Source: Podarcis gaigeae (Eukaryota). Taken from it: a stretch of 64,000 bases of DNA. A program made the translations under genes and the position numbers. Within the stretch, counting starts at the first letter, position 1. Every line of letters starts with the position of its first letter. The DNA lies in NCBI GenBank assembly GCA_964106915.2, contig OZ066929.1. One strand, written 5' to 3'. Shown piece by piece: positions 47,509 through 61,489 of this stretch. Under the pieces are notes generated by a model. That model worked only from the letters and a program-made list of their open reading frames with translations, was not told the origin of the DNA and ran no database searches.

Positions 47509-49822
47509 ATGTATGGGCTGGTTGTAGGGTAAGAGGCCTGATAATTGGGATGAGGGTTGGGAATCCAGTCTGGGTGAAAGCTGTGGGGTGAATCAGGAGG
47601 AACAGTTAGGGAGGGGGATGATGCCACCAAGGCTGTACCCAACACCTGCTACCTAAGGTGGTTGCCTCACTCTGCCTAATGACAGGCAAATTTCCATCCA
47701 TGAAGCAGAGAGGTCACTGTCTGTGTCTGATGAGGACAGGAAGTGCCGTCTGAAAGTTCATGGGAAATGAATCAGGCTTCCAGCCAAGGACACATGGTGC
47801 TTCCTCGAAAGGCCTTGCTTGATGGGCCTGCAGTTGCATGAGAAGCAAATTGGCTTTGTAGAAGACAGAGCAGGAGAGTAACTGGACTTCCCATGAGTTT
47901 GCCATGGCAATCAATCTGCTTGTTTTCTCTCACTGCTCCCGGAGTCCCTTTGTCTGCCTCTCCAGATTCCAGGCATGGCTCTGATTATGGTAGCACAGAT
48001 GGTCCGCACTAACCCCGAGGCATCTCTCACAATCCTGTTAACTATATAGGCATGTGTAAGACCTTGTCTGTCCCTGCGGGGAAAAGCGAAATGGAATGCC
48101 TGGAACTGCCAGCTCCAGATTTTAAGGCTCTTTGCCCTCCTCCCTCCTGGTTTCGCTTTCATTTCGCTTTCCTGATGCTGTAATTGCAATTAAGGTAAAC
48201 TCTGGTTGCTCAGTGGAAGTGAACCACTTTGCAAGACAGCTCCCATGTAACTTAATTAAAATAAATCTTGGGCAACCTGAGCTGCTAGATGAAAAGAAAG
48301 CCCCTTGGGAGGCTAGAGCTCTTTTGCAAATTTTGCTGAACCTGAATCGCTAGAAGTTCAGAAGGAAGGCTCTGTTTGAAAGAGACCTTGCAAGATCTTA
48401 ATATTTGGAATGTGAACTGAATGAATGCAAATACAAAACTACCAAGCCAGGAATTCTTTGTTTTACTTTCAAGACATAGCAAAGCAGCGGTGCCAAAGTC
48501 GGGAGAATGAGCTTGAATCTCCCTCTGGGGGACGTCTAAAAGTTGGCAGCAGGCATTCTCATTGTGGCCTTCATCCCCATCTGTTATTTGTGTATTCCCC
48601 CTTGTACCTGAGGTTTCAGTTCTCTGCACATTTACCTAGGAGTAAGTTCCACTGAATTACTGAACAAAAATGCATTGGAGCTGCCTGGATTTTTTAAAAA
48701 ATTGTATGATATATGAGAAGCAAAAGCTAACGATGGAGGATAAGTCTCTGTTTTCCCAATCCAGTTGTTAACCAAGTTGGCAACATCACCCTTTGATTGG
48801 AGCCTCACTCTATCCTCTGCCATGGATCCTTCCTTCCTTCCCCAGAGACTGTCTTTCATCTCAGGGACAGGCAGAGTGATAGTCCTGTGAATGAGCAGCA
48901 GAGGCAGGATTGCCAATTCTCCCAGAGTATAATGTGCAATTAGAGCATCAAGGCTGTGACCCTGTCAGGGAGGGAAGGTGGATTTACAGTCCTAAAGAGA
49001 AAGGGAGCAGGCCCAACACGGTGCGATGGTTCTCACCAGAGCATGGGTCACCCACTCCGTGCAAATTAAAGGAGACCCTGAAGATCACGATCACCCTGGC
49101 AAACTGGATTTATGGTGGCAAATGTAAAAATTCTGTAATAAGGGAAAGGGTTGAAGGAGCAGGTGGTAAATCACGCCAACATACTGGAATGGAGGTCCCT
49201 GCATGCCAAGGCCTGGAACATCAATGGCAATGAACAAATGAAGAAAACATTCCAGAAAGTAGACAGAGAATCATTTGAGGGACAGAAGGGGCGACACCTC
49301 CTGAGTTTAAACATGGTTTAAAGGATCAAGGTTTGGGGGAAAGAGGAGAAGGCTGAGCAATCTAATGTAGAACGCATATGGCTGGTGGAAAGAAGGAGGT
49401 TTGGAGAAGAAGGAACAGTTTCTTTCCATGCTGATTTTTCTCCTCAAGTCACAGTTTGATATCCTGCACTGTTGATATTATCATACACCTTTAGTACATT
49501 CCAGGCCTCCTATTTCTTGATGGTGGTTATAGGACTCTGAAGATCTACCACTTGCCTGATAAAACACTACCATTATAATGTCTGTTGGTACCACACAGAT
49601 AGAAACACGGAGCAATTGTAATGACGCCTGGAGCAACTTGCTGGGTGAAGCACTGCAGGCTTTTGAACCCCAAATTCCTTGGACCTGATGGCTGTCTGGA
49701 GCCCTTGGTGCTGTAGGCCACCAGGGCAGGACTTTGGAGCAGGACTCACCCAGTACTAAAGGCAAGAAGGCTGGCTTATGACATTATGAAGTAAGCGACG
49801 AAATACGCGTTGCTCTCTAAAG

Positions 49823-49955
49823 CAGTGTTCTTCAGCCTTGGTCCTCCAGATGTTGAAATGCAACTCCCATCATCCCTGACCATTGGTTACACAGGCAGGG
49901 GAGGATTGTAGTTGTAGTCCAATAACTTTTGGGACCCCAATATCAGAGAATACTG
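49823..49955. mobile_element. hAT (Charlie-like) MITE
   Basis: CAGTGTTCT...AGAATACTG; TSD CTCTAAAG/ATCTAAAG. Confidence 0.8.
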
Positions 49956-50048
49956 ATCTAAAGAGCCCTCACATAAAACCATGAGGTCAAGAGTCTAAAG
50001 CTATGTGTTGTAGGAGTCTAAGGTAGGATTTGGCAACTGAGTGACCAA

Positions 50049-50234
50049 AGGGGCATAGCTCAATGTTAGAGCATCTGCTTTGAATGCAGAAGGCCCCAGG
50101 TTCAGTCCCTGGCATCTCCAGGCAGGGCTGGGAGAGACCCTTGCCTGAAATCCTAGATAACTGCTGCCAGTCAGTGTAGACAATGCTGAGCTAAATGGAC
50201 TATTGGTCTGACTCAGTATAAGGCAGTTTCCTAT
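50049..50234 (+). mobile_element. Squam3-like tRNA-derived SINE
   Basis: GGGGCATAGCTCAATGTTAGAGCATCTGCTTTG...CCAGGTTCAGTCCCTGGCATCTCCAGG...GTCTGACTCAGTATAAGGCAG. Confidence 0.88.
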
Positions 50235-50242
50235 AATTAAGC

Positions 50243-50360
50243 AATTTGCAGAAGGGTAGCTCTGTTGTTCTGCTGCAGAAAAACACTGAAGAGTCTGGTG
50301 GTACCTTAAAGACTAACAAATGGATTACAGCAGAAGCTTAGGTGGACTTTATCAGATGAT
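50243..50360 (-). mobile_element. Penelope-like terminal-repeat fragment
   Basis: GGTAGCTCTGTT...GGTACCTTAAAGACTAACAAAT...AAGCTT. Confidence 0.65.
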
Positions 50361-52947
50361 CTGATAATTAAGCTTCGTTCATACAAATGACTGAGGAAGA
50401 GAAAAATTATGGTATATTTATGTTGTATTTTATTGATTCAGTAACTTATCTCCCACCTTGAGGGTTTTTGACAAAAATAATAAAATGCAAATGAGGATAA
50501 ATAACCAGTAAAAATAATTGACAAGCTGAAAGTTGATTATCATTGGCCGGAAGCCTTGAGTTATTTCTGTAGCCCTCTTCAAGGTGTTCCAGTTTACATT
50601 GAGGGCCAAACTCTTGAAACAAGAGCATGACCATTTCTCCTGCCCCTATGGCAAATGTCAGACCACCCCCAGCTGTACCACCTTCATGTCTGCACACTAA
50701 AGTGGACCTCTGCAAAGAAAAAGCCTTTCCATGTGCAAAGTCTTCCACACAAAGACTTCCTCATTTTTTGCAGACATCCATGTCAAGTTGCAGCTGTCCA
50801 GATGGCAGGGATGAGAGACGTGCAACATCGGAGGTGGGGCCAGGATACACAGCCTCACTACTCATCCATGTCTTCCATGAATGGATTGCAATGTTCAAAG
50901 AGGGTCTTTGCTGGTCTTGCTTCAGATGAATGCCTTATCTCTTACCATGTTGCTGCTATTGTCACCTGCAGAAGTGCTCTGGTGGAAAATGTTCTCTGGT
51001 GACATTCTCTTGAAAGGATATTTATTTAATCTGGTGAGTCTGGATTTCTTTTCCTGGGTGGAGAGGGGGAGAGGTTCTTAGCACCCAGAATTCCCCTTCC
51101 ATCCAGCAGAGGGAGGCAGTGTTACACTCCTGCTCTGCCACTCAAACTGATTGGCAGTTTCCTCTTGGAACTGCAACGTCTGCACTTTTGGAAGAGGAGG
51201 GGGGGGGTTAGCTTTAGTTCATGGCTCCTAGTGCAAAGGTAATTTTCAATGAGGCCACAGCCTTGTAGGTACATGCCGTGGTCGTGCCACATGTGCTATT
51301 TCCGCTCTGCAAATATTTGCTCTTAGCAATCACTGTTGCTTACAGACACCAAGCACCTTCCCTTCTCTCCAAGTCACAACAGATGAAGACCTTGCCAAGG
51401 AAATGAAATAAATGATTTACAATGGCCTTATATATTAAATCTCAGAGTCAATATTGCTGGTGACTCTCACTTTTTATGAGATCAAAGCAAATGCAGAGAG
51501 GGCTGAGTAAAGCTAGTAGCAGAGGCCTTGATACAATAAGCACCACGTGGTTGCAACCACGGCTTCCTGCTGCGGGAAGTGCAAAGAAGCAAGGAGGTGA
51601 GGCCTGTATCCAGGGAGGAGGGCAGAGATGGATGTGACTGTATCTCCTAGGACAGGGTGGCACTTTTGGTACAGTACACACCTGGGTCTGTGCCACTGCA
51701 TGGTGAAGAACTGATCAATGGGCAGAGGCTGCCTGAATCAGGGTCATGATGTTGGAGCTGACAATTTAAACTCACCAGTGAACCTTTTATCAACCACCCT
51801 TCCAATTGCACATCTTCTACTCTCATTTATGCTCAGAATCATTCATAACTAAGACATTTAGGACCTGCCTAAACGGAAGGCCTTCAAAGCCCTAAACAAG
51901 AGTAATTCTTTCAGTTTCTGCAACTTTCTGTGTAACTCTAATATGCATCTTCTGAATGTAACTCAGAACCTTTAATTAAGCGGAAGCCTCACTAGATAGG
52001 CGGGCCTTGATCCTGTGCACTTTGAGATAACCATGGAAAAATGATTAAACCAAAATTGACAGATTCATTCATCCCCATTTCCAGGCCAGAAGATTCAGCA
52101 GATGGAACACATGAGATGTAAGGGGAAAGTTGCCCCATCCTAATAATGTCAATGTATTTTATTTCATTTTAAATAAGTTGTAAATAATCTCCATAACTTG
52201 AAAGAACAGGTGTGATATGCTAGACAGCTCAACAAGCAAGCAAAGCTCTATTTTGGATAAAGCTCTTTCTGACTAGGTTTTTAAGAAGGATCACTTACTC
52301 AAATTCTGGGTGGGTGGTGGTTGTGGCACAGCTCCCCTGGGGCACAGAAAAAAACATTTTATCCCCCATAGCCAGCCATTGGGGTTCTCCTTGGCCAGCC
52401 ACGGGGTGTGTGGCATGATTGCATGCCAAAAATTGGAATCTAAAATGGCCAGTGATGGCCCTTGTGGGGGTGGGGCCTGGGTGGCGGACCAGAGCGAACA
52501 AGGCTTCACTTTAGTCCACTGCTGGAGTATTGAAGCCAGCCATGCCTGGAGTCACCTGGAGTCATGGGCACAGTTGGTGGAAGACCTTGCTGTGGTTCAA
52601 AATGGTTGCCATGTTCAGGGCTGCAAAGGAATTTGCCTGCAAACAAACTGGGCCCGTTTGTGGGTTTTGCCTTCCTCAGGGTAATTGTCATAACTAAGGC
52701 ATTGGGTAGAATCATTAGTCCAATTCTGGGTGTCAGGTGATTTGGTGCATCGCCCTGACCTCATGCAGGTGTGATATCTCAGAGTACAACAGCAAAAGGG
52801 TCTGGGTGGAAGTTTATATCCTGAAGCCAAGCGGAGGGCAGATGAACCATACAACTTTCAATAGTGGTCTGGGAAAGGCCAGCATAGTGGATCTGTATCT
52901 TGAGGTGATCCAGAACCCTGTTCAGATTTTAGCCTTCATCCAGAAGG

Positions 52948-53196
52948 AAGTCATACCTCATGTTACATTTGCTTCATGTTATGTTATTTCAGGTTATGTC
53001 CCCCAGCCACCCAGAAGTACCGGAAAGGGTTACTTCCATGTTTCGCCGCTGGTGCATGTGCACAAGTGCTAAACCGCACTTTGAGCATAAGCACAAGCAC
53101 CAAATCACGCTGCGATATGGCGCTTCAGGTTGCGCTCTTTTCATGTTGCAAAGGGGCCTCCGGAATGGATCCTGTTCGCAACCAGAGGTACCACTG
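52948..53196. mobile_element. pogo/Tigger-like MITE, uninterrupted relative of 24767-25420
   Basis: AGTCATACCTCATGTTAC...AGAGGTACCACTG|TA. Confidence 0.88.
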
Positions 53197-55054
53197 TACC
53201 GGATACATGCCCAATGCCTGAGCCAAAGCCTACCTACACCTGTAATCAATAAAGCAGTGGTCAATTTTTGCTTCCCATTTTTTGTGTCAATTTGTTCAAC
53301 CTGTCAACACCTCAACCTTCTGTCCATGGAGAGAATGCTGTGCATGGGCCTGCAATGTAAGAAGAGCCTGCAGGATCAGGCCAATGGCCCATTGGGTGTA
53401 GCATCTTGCAACATCTCACACTGGCCAAGAGATGTCAATGAGATACTTGCATTTTGGCACTTGGTAATGGACAACAGGGTCCCAGTTAACAGACTTTGAT
53501 TACTGGTGGCTACTACAGCCCATTGGAATTTATGTAACTCCCCAACCAACCTTGTTGTGGGCTGAAGGCAACAGCTCTGAATCTCGTTAGTGAAAAAGAA
53601 GCATTATGCGTTTGGGAACTGGGTGGCAAGGGACTACAGGGGTGTGGTTTTGCTTCTTGGGGATGATGCATTGAAGACCACTTCCACCTATTAAGCAGGT
53701 GCCTCCCTAATTCCCCCAGGCATACCTGTGTTTTTGTAAATAGTTTACTTCAAAATACATTGTACAAACCTGGTGCTCTCTTCACATAAGGAGACTAAAA
53801 GGGCTTTGCCTTCTGCTTGGGACAAAACAACCCATTAGGTGCACACAAATGAAGCCTGGTTAGTCTTGCCAAAGCCTGGGGATTATTGGTCTCTAGAGAT
53901 GCAGAGTTGGACTTTCTGTTGCTATTGTTTTTTAATAGTGGCACCAGTGTTTGGGAATGCACTCCCTGCTGAAATATGAGAGACCCCATTTATATAGGCA
54001 TTCCACTGACTTCTGAAGGCACACCTGTTACACAGACAATCCCTTGACCCCTTGACCTGAGCCTCCTCATGTAATGGCTGTTTTGCTTTAAATGGGATTT
54101 GCTTTATTGCATATTTTAATCATGGATGTTTATATTTCAATGTTTTAATGGGATTATTTTATTGACTATTTTAATTACAGGTGTTTTTAATTTAATGTTT
54201 GTGATGCTGGTTTTTAGACTTTCTAAATGGATTAGAAGCCAGTTTGGCATTAGGTGGTATATAAAATAAAAGAATAAGAATAAGAATAGTGTGACATTTG
54301 GGTGAGACGCACAGGCAACTATATTCTTTAAAGGCCACACATTTCACCTTATTACACAAGTACAAAATTTATTTTTATTCCATTTTGTGTTATTCTGGAA
54401 AATGTAAGGGCTTTTTTTTAATGATGAAAGGAAACTAATTAATTGAAGGAGTGACACATTTCTTACTAATGATATATAATTGCTCTCCTGCTGAGTTTCT
54501 CCATTGGGGATGCAACCCTGTGAAACTATGACTTTGCGGAAGTGAGCGAGAGAATTAAGCAGACAAAAAGAAAGGGGGGGGGGGAGTGGTGGTGCTCCTT
54601 TCTCTACACTTGGTCAGTCTCTGGTGCAAAGATCAACACCCATACCACATGCTTGTTTTGCTTTAGGTGTGCTACTTCTGCCCTTCCCTGAAGCTCAGCT
54701 GTCCAGCAAAAACAGCACACTCTCTGCTCCAGGTCAAGTTAAACCCTGAGTCTCTTCTAATGGATTAATAGATAATAGCGACCTGAACCTATTCTAATTG
54801 ATGATAGTGAGTGGCATCAACTTAGGAGTTCAGGAGTCCTGTTCTCAGTCACCAAGGATTTGTGATAAAGCTGCATGAATGTCCAAGCTGCATTAATAGA
54901 AACATGGTGACCAGATCCACAATAGGCACAGTAATGGCGCCATTCTGTTGTGCTTTGACTGGAGGATTGTGTCTAGTTTTGGATTCGGCAGTTTGGTAGT
55001 GATGGTGGTGGGGCTGGAGACCAAGCTCCATGAGGAGGAAAGGAGCTAAACCAA

Positions 55055-55240
55055 ATCAGCCTGGAGAAGAGGTGGTTAAGCATTTGCAGGGCTGTCTGTC
55101 ACACAGATCACAGAGCAAATAGTTTTCTGTTGCTCCAGAAAACTGGAAGCAAACCAGAAGCTCCATACTACAAGAAAGGGGATTTCAACTAAACATTAGG
55201 AAGAACTTCTGTTTGACAGTAGAAGCTGCTGCCTTGGAAG
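55055..55240 (+). mobile_element. Old CR1 fragment; its probable 3' tail is at ~56010-56096
   Basis: CAGCCTGGAGAAGAG...CTAAACATTAGGAAGAACTTC; later CCTTCCCACTCTAAGGTTCTATGATT. Confidence 0.65.
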
Positions 55241-57142
55241 TCAGGACATAAGAAGTCCTATATTTGTCACAATCAGCACTGTTTCCATTCCACTGCAGTT
55301 CAGTTTCACCAAATACTATGTTATTTGTCTCACTGTCCACTAGTTGATGTAATGATGTAAGTTACAAATTTAACATAATTAATGGCATAGCTATTTCTAC
55401 ACCTTTCATTTCAATGCAAAGGAAACACAATATAATTGGGGTGTGTGGAAGTAATCAGTTAGGTATCATTTGTGGAATGAAAACAACAACATAACACAAC
55501 AACCATGAATACCACTTAGTATACAGTGGAATGGAAACTTCGCTGAATACCACTCAGTATTCACTGGATTTATTTGTGTTCCAGACCCAGGAGGAGTAAG
55601 TAAACCTGGTTTCTGCTTGTTTCAATTTTTGTTGGAATTCTTTAACACCCCAATGTAGAAGGCAATAGATTATCTTTGTTAGAAGTTTTTTTTTATTACA
55701 ATTTTCTATTAACATAAAACTGAAAACAAAAACAAACAAAAGAAATAATAAAATTTACACAACACAGGAGCAGGTAATGTAGATGTAGAAGAATAAAAAC
55801 AACTCATAAATTACACATTTCTAAGGGTAAGGAAGACCCAGAACATTTCTGCACCATTTAATTTAATTTCTTATGTGTCAAATTCAGATATGCAAAACTC
55901 TATTCCCCCACCAAATCATAAAATTTGACTTTCATGGTGTGTTTTGCTGCTTTCATTCTCCTTTTTCAGAGATTTTAAAGCAGAATTTTGATGCCCACCC
56001 CTGCTCTTGGGGTGCTGTAGCAGTGGATTTTTGGCACCAACAGAGGCTTGGTGTTGATGACTTTTGAGGTACCTTCCCACTCTAAGGTTCTATGATTTTC
56101 TGTTGTCTCAGCAACAAGGATGCTCTTATGCCAAAGGATTTGATTAGCTAAGCAGACAAAGGTAGCTATACCTTCTGAAAAAGAGAGGGGATTCAGCAGC
56201 CCATTAAAAGTACCCCCAGGTGATTATTACTGCAGCCCAAGCCTACCCCTGTTTACTCTGGAGCTTACTCTCAGGTAAGTCCACATACCTGTAGTATTGC
56301 TGGCATAGTGAATTACAGTTTCCAAAGCTTGTCTAGTCTTTTGTTTCCTTCCCCTGTCCCCAAAACTGGCATTCTCCTCTTTGCTTGTCTGTTGGCTTCT
56401 ATGCTGTGGCAGTGACAGCCTGAAGGATCCTACAGGAGGGAAGCAGCAAATGAAGGAGATAATAACTCACCAAGGGGAAGTTTGCTTCTCCACTTGTTCT
56501 CCGAAGCCCATTCCATTTCCTGGGGCAGAGATGGTGGCACTTGCTTGATGCATCTGGTCTCCCTATGCCACCTTTTGCATGGCTGTTCTTACCACCCTTC
56601 TGCTACACAGAGTTTACTAAGGGCTGGTTCCAGCACCGTGTTTGCCAGTCTGGCCTCATGCCCACCAGACAGGAAACCAAACTGGGAGGAGGGACAGATA
56701 AGTTTCTCTTATCCCACCCGCCCCATCATAAGCTTGGTGCTCCACAGTTCCACATCCATTTGTGATCTATTTATTTATTTAAAAGGTCCTCATGAAAATT
56801 CACCAGCATTTCTGAGCAAATTTCTCCTACTATACACATCTTTGAGTATGCTATTCTCTAACATACACATTGCAAAGTATCTCTCCCAATGGAATGCATT
56901 TTTGTACACTTGACAGGAGAATTGCAAAACTCAGAGAACTGCAACTTACCAAGGGTTGCTGGGTTCCAGCAAGTGTGCATGAGATATTATTCACCTTTCA
57001 ATGCAAACTGAATGCAAACTCCCCTAATTGGGATACATGTACTTCAGCGAAATTTACAAAGTTCCTGTCTCTTTGAGGCAGGTAAGTTTTCACCACTAAA
57101 CAGATAATTCCAGTATGACTTATAGTAGCCAGACCCTATGAT

Positions 57143-57333
57143 GGGGGCGGCCCTCATTCAGTGTCAGGTGGGCATATACTTTGCATGCTGAAGGTCCCAG
57201 GTTCAATTTCCAGTCAAAAGGATCTTGGGGTGGGGGTGGGGTGCCAGGAGAAGACCTCTCTGTGACCAAGACCTTGGAGAGTTGCTGGTGCCAAGCTGGG
57301 ATTCAGAGATTCAGGAGAAGGCATCTTCCTATG
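57143..57333 (+). mobile_element. Degenerate Squam3-like SINE
   Basis: TTTGCATGCTGAAGGTCCCAGGTTCAAT...AAGGCATCTTCCTATG. Confidence 0.65.
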
Positions 57334-60300
57334 CTCATGGGGAGGTAAAATTTCCACCAAACAGCCTTTTGGATCAGTCTGATCAAGATATTCTTTTAAG
57401 CTATTTCAAAAGCACTCATTGGCAGAATCAGCATTCAGTTGATTTCTACAATGAGAGCAGCTGGGGGTCAACCCGTTTTGGAAGACAGGCATTGTGATCC
57501 CAAAAGGATTCGGGGTTTGGTTGCTAGTGGTGTTTCAGGAAAAGCAAACATCAGCTGCCTTCAGACAGGCTCTGGAAGGCAAAGTCCAAAGAAGCCCAAC
57601 TTAATCAGACAATCATTTGGAAGCAAGCGGGACAGTTTTTCCATTAAGATAGGCATTTGAAACACAATGTTCTGTTACAAGTTGCCGGACGTTTGCTGTT
57701 CTTTAGGACATCTTTTTTTCCTTTGAAAAATAATCATATCAGTTAGTTTTTTATTTCTTTGGTTTTTGGGGCATGTTCTACAAACCAGCAGTATGATGGA
57801 TGTATTCAAGCCATCAGGGAGGTGATGATAATGATGATCAAGAAGATGACAATAATTTCTCCATATTAAGTGTGTTTTCCAACCACCAACACAGGGAAGA
57901 AGCAGAACTCAGGATGGAACTGATACCAAAGAGGCAGGATGGCTCTGTTAACAAGAGCTGAGCAAGATGGATGGATGTTTGATGGGCTGGCTCACTGTGA
58001 GCAGACAACAGGTTTAGAGTAGCCTGTGTCAGTGATATGATATTTATTTATCCTATTTGAGGAAGTGGTTGCTAGCCAGTACAAAATCTCTCTCCCTCTC
58101 TCAGAAAGCATGACACTTAAAAATATTGTTGCATTTTGCAGTAAACCCCCTACCCCCTTTCCTGATCCTGCGTGATCCTCTCCTCTCCATCAGATACCAC
58201 AGAAGGGGGTGGTATTGGCACTGGCAGTAGCTGTGTTTCAGCTTTCAGAGCACGGGTCGTATGACAGTCCTGGGGGGGGGGGTGTCCCTGCAATTTACGA
58301 GTCAGTCCTCTCTCCAAACACAACCCACCCATCATAATGATAGACATTTTGCTAATAATCATAATCATAATTTTACATTTTTGGCAGAGTTCTCTTTGGC
58401 CCGAGGACATAAACTTATGACACTTCCATTCCTCCATACGGGCAGGTAATATTCCACAGCTACCCTGATGATCAAGGGTGCTTACAATCCATCCTTGCGG
58501 CATTTCCTTTTCTCATTATTTTCTCCGTAATTTTGACTCTCGGTGCCTTTCCCTGCCTCTCCACACCACCCGACAATCAGACCTTTGCTAAATCAGTCCA
58601 CAGCAATCAATGCCTTTGTAATGAAATCTGAATTCCTAATGTCAGGACATTTCTCTGCCTAGGCTCCCACCCCTTTCTGCCCTTGTCTCAACCCTGCGTG
58701 TGATTCCTCCAAGCGGCTGCCTCAGATACTGGGGGCAGAAAGTGAGGGGTCTCCTCCCAATGGCATATCTTATTGGGAAAGTTAATGGTCTGTGAGTGGA
58801 ATAATTGGAATGATTTAAGTGACCTACTAACCAAGTTCTTCAGAGGAGAGGTCACCTCTCTTGTGCTCCATGTCTGCCATCTTTGGGAGAGGAATGGACA
58901 GAGACAATAATGCTGGGGAACCGACCCCCAGTGACAATATCTTCTTCAAGGAGCTTGAATAGGAATTAATTTTTCATATCCAGCATTTCTGCAGGATGTC
59001 CTGGTTCGACACCACAGAAATAAATGATGGAGAGGAGTGTGTGTCTGATAGCAAAGGAATCACAAACAGCAGCTCTCATCACAAATGGATGACCTTGGTG
59101 ACCATCCGTTTGGGGGCTTTGAAAGAGGATCGGGCAAACTTACGCTGTGTAGACAGTGGAAGCTGATAAAAGAAGTTCTAGAATAGAAATGAACAAGTTC
59201 CCTTGAATTTTCCTGTACACATTTTAAAGATTTCCTCCCAAATGCATGAATATTTCATATTTGCCAGTTGGGATATTTTGCCACCTTGAACTTCCCAGTG
59301 AAAGGAAAAAAGTAGGATGTAAATAATGAAATGGATAAATGCATAATATTCGATTTCCAATATTTGATAGCTGGTGGGACAGTATTTGATGGCTGAAATG
59401 CAATGGCATTTATGACATGGGTGAGGCAGTGAACATATGAGATCCCCTCCCCAAAGAGGTTCACCTGGTGGCCTCTTTAACATATTCCTGGTTCCAGGCA
59501 AAGACCAACCTTGGAATAATTTTAACACCTTCCATTTGTTAGTGCCATTGGAATTATTTAGCCTTTCTGATTAATTTTAAGGATGATGGAGATTATGTGG
59601 GCTGTGTGTTGCTATTGTTTAGATTAGTGGTTGCTTCATTGTGTCATGTTTTAATGCACTTATGTTATACACTGCCTTGAGAGTTTGACATAAGGCGACA
59701 AAAAAAAAAAAAAAAAAGAATTAATGGCAGTTTTAGTAGCAATAAGTAATAACATTTAGGGCCTGACAGCATATGAAAGATGAGATGCAGCAGAATTTAC
59801 TAAATATGTTTATTTAATACATTCTGTTCCTCTTCTATTTTAGCAATATGCAAAGGGGCTTAAAAACCAACCACTAACAACAATTTGGACAATATAAAGC
59901 AAAACACTGGACAGAAACACAAGATAAGTCAGGTCATAAAACTTTTGAAACCGAGGAGATCAATAATACTCATCTAAAATTAATATGTGCAGAAACAATA
60001 ATTGTAAAAGCTATCCAAAGCTACCACAAACTACTGAGAGGCTTCAAAGGACAAGAAAGTCATTGTTGGTTCCTGGAATGGTAAGGGTGTTGTTGTTGGT
60101 GCCTTCCTGGGCTGCAAAGGAATAGGCATTGCTCAAGCAGGGTGCCACCCCTGAGAAGGCTTGTTGTGTGCCAGCCCCACATGCCTGTCCTCTCCTGCTG
60201 TGAAGATTAGGAGAAGAGCTTGTGATGAAGATCTTAATGTTCATATGGGACAAGGTGGTCCAAAGCCAAGACCAGCATCTTTAAACCCTTTCCAGTCATT

Positions 60301-60387
60301 TTCTCTGTCCCACCCATGAGACTAACTCCATGTGAGAGGCAGAGAGGGGACCAGTCCATTGGCCCTGCCACCCCTCCCATCATATCT

Positions 60388-60851
60388 TTTTTTTTTAAAG
60401 ATTTTTATTAAAGTTTCAAAAATTTAATAATAACAAAACAACACAGTAATACAAACAAACAAAAATAAAAACAGGTATAATTTCAATCCCTTATTTTCTT
60501 ATAACTTACTTCCCCGACTTCCTCATATCTCCCCTTTCTGTATTCCAATTTCGAATTTATTAATTCAGCAAATCCTTTCCCTTATTTTCCATTTAATTTT
60601 TAGTCTCTCTTTTTCTTTTTTACTTATCCATTGCAGCTGGAAACCACATACTTTCTAAACCAACGTCATTCTAACATTCATTAATTTTGCAGTATTTCCT
60701 AAGATAGTCCTTGAATTTCTTCCAATCTTCTTCCGCTGTCTCTCTTCCCTGGTCTCGGATTCTGCCAGTCATTTCTGCCAGTCCCATATAGTCAATCACC
60801 TTCATCTGCCATTCTTCCAAGGTGGGTAGGTCTTGTGTCTTCCAATACTTT
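60388..60851 (-). mobile_element. Young L1-like 3' end, sister of 22609-23110
   Basis: Same C-terminal peptide; 16-bp TSD CCCTCCCATCATATCT (60372-60387, 60852-60867). Confidence 0.93.
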
Positions 60852-61026
60852 CCCTCCCATCATATCTCAGTTTCCTCCTCTACCACCTGTTGGGAAGGGA
60901 GCTTCTGCAGCAAAGAGTTTACTGGTAGCTACTTAGCCTCCCTGTGTAATGTAACATCTCAAGCTTCTACGACATAAGTGGAGAAGCCTCCCTTCTGTGA
61001 AAGGTCCCTTCCTAACACATGGAAAG

Positions 61027-61389
61027 GGGACACAGGTGGTGCTGTGGGTTAAACCACAGAGCCTAGGACTTGCCGATCAGAAGGTTGGCGGTTTGAATCC
61101 CCACGACAGGGTGAGCTCCCATTGCTCAGTCCCTGCTCCTGCCCACCTAGCAGTTCGAAAGCACATCAAAGTGCAAGTAGATAAATAGGTACCGCTCCAG
61201 CGGGAAGGTAAATGGCGTTTCCGTGCTGTCAGAGCTGCTCTGGTTCTCCAGAAGCGGCTTAGTCATGCTGGCCACATGACCCGGAAGCTGTATGCCGGCT
61301 CCCTCGGCTAATAAAGCGAGATGAGCTCCGCAACCCCAGAGTCGGCCACGACTGGACCTAATGGTCAGGGGTCCCTTTACCTTTACCTT
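61027..61389 (+). mobile_element. Sauria SINE
   Basis: Full length; TSD TAACACATG(G)AAAGG at 61013-61027 and 61390-61403. Confidence 0.95.
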
Positions 61390-61489
61390 TAACACATGAA
61401 AGGCAATGAAGCTGTCAACAAGGAAGCTGAACCAAGAGGCTCGGCACTCCACTCCTTTTTGTCATGTAAGGCTTGAACAACTAAAAAGG

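Noticed and set aside
50049-50120. Functional tRNA gene
   Set aside because: It is the tRNA-like head of a Squam3-like SINE, with degenerate relatives elsewhere in the window.
53533-53790. Possible additional old LTR (TGTAAC start, TATTAA)
   Set aside because: No TSD, clear terminus or second copy.
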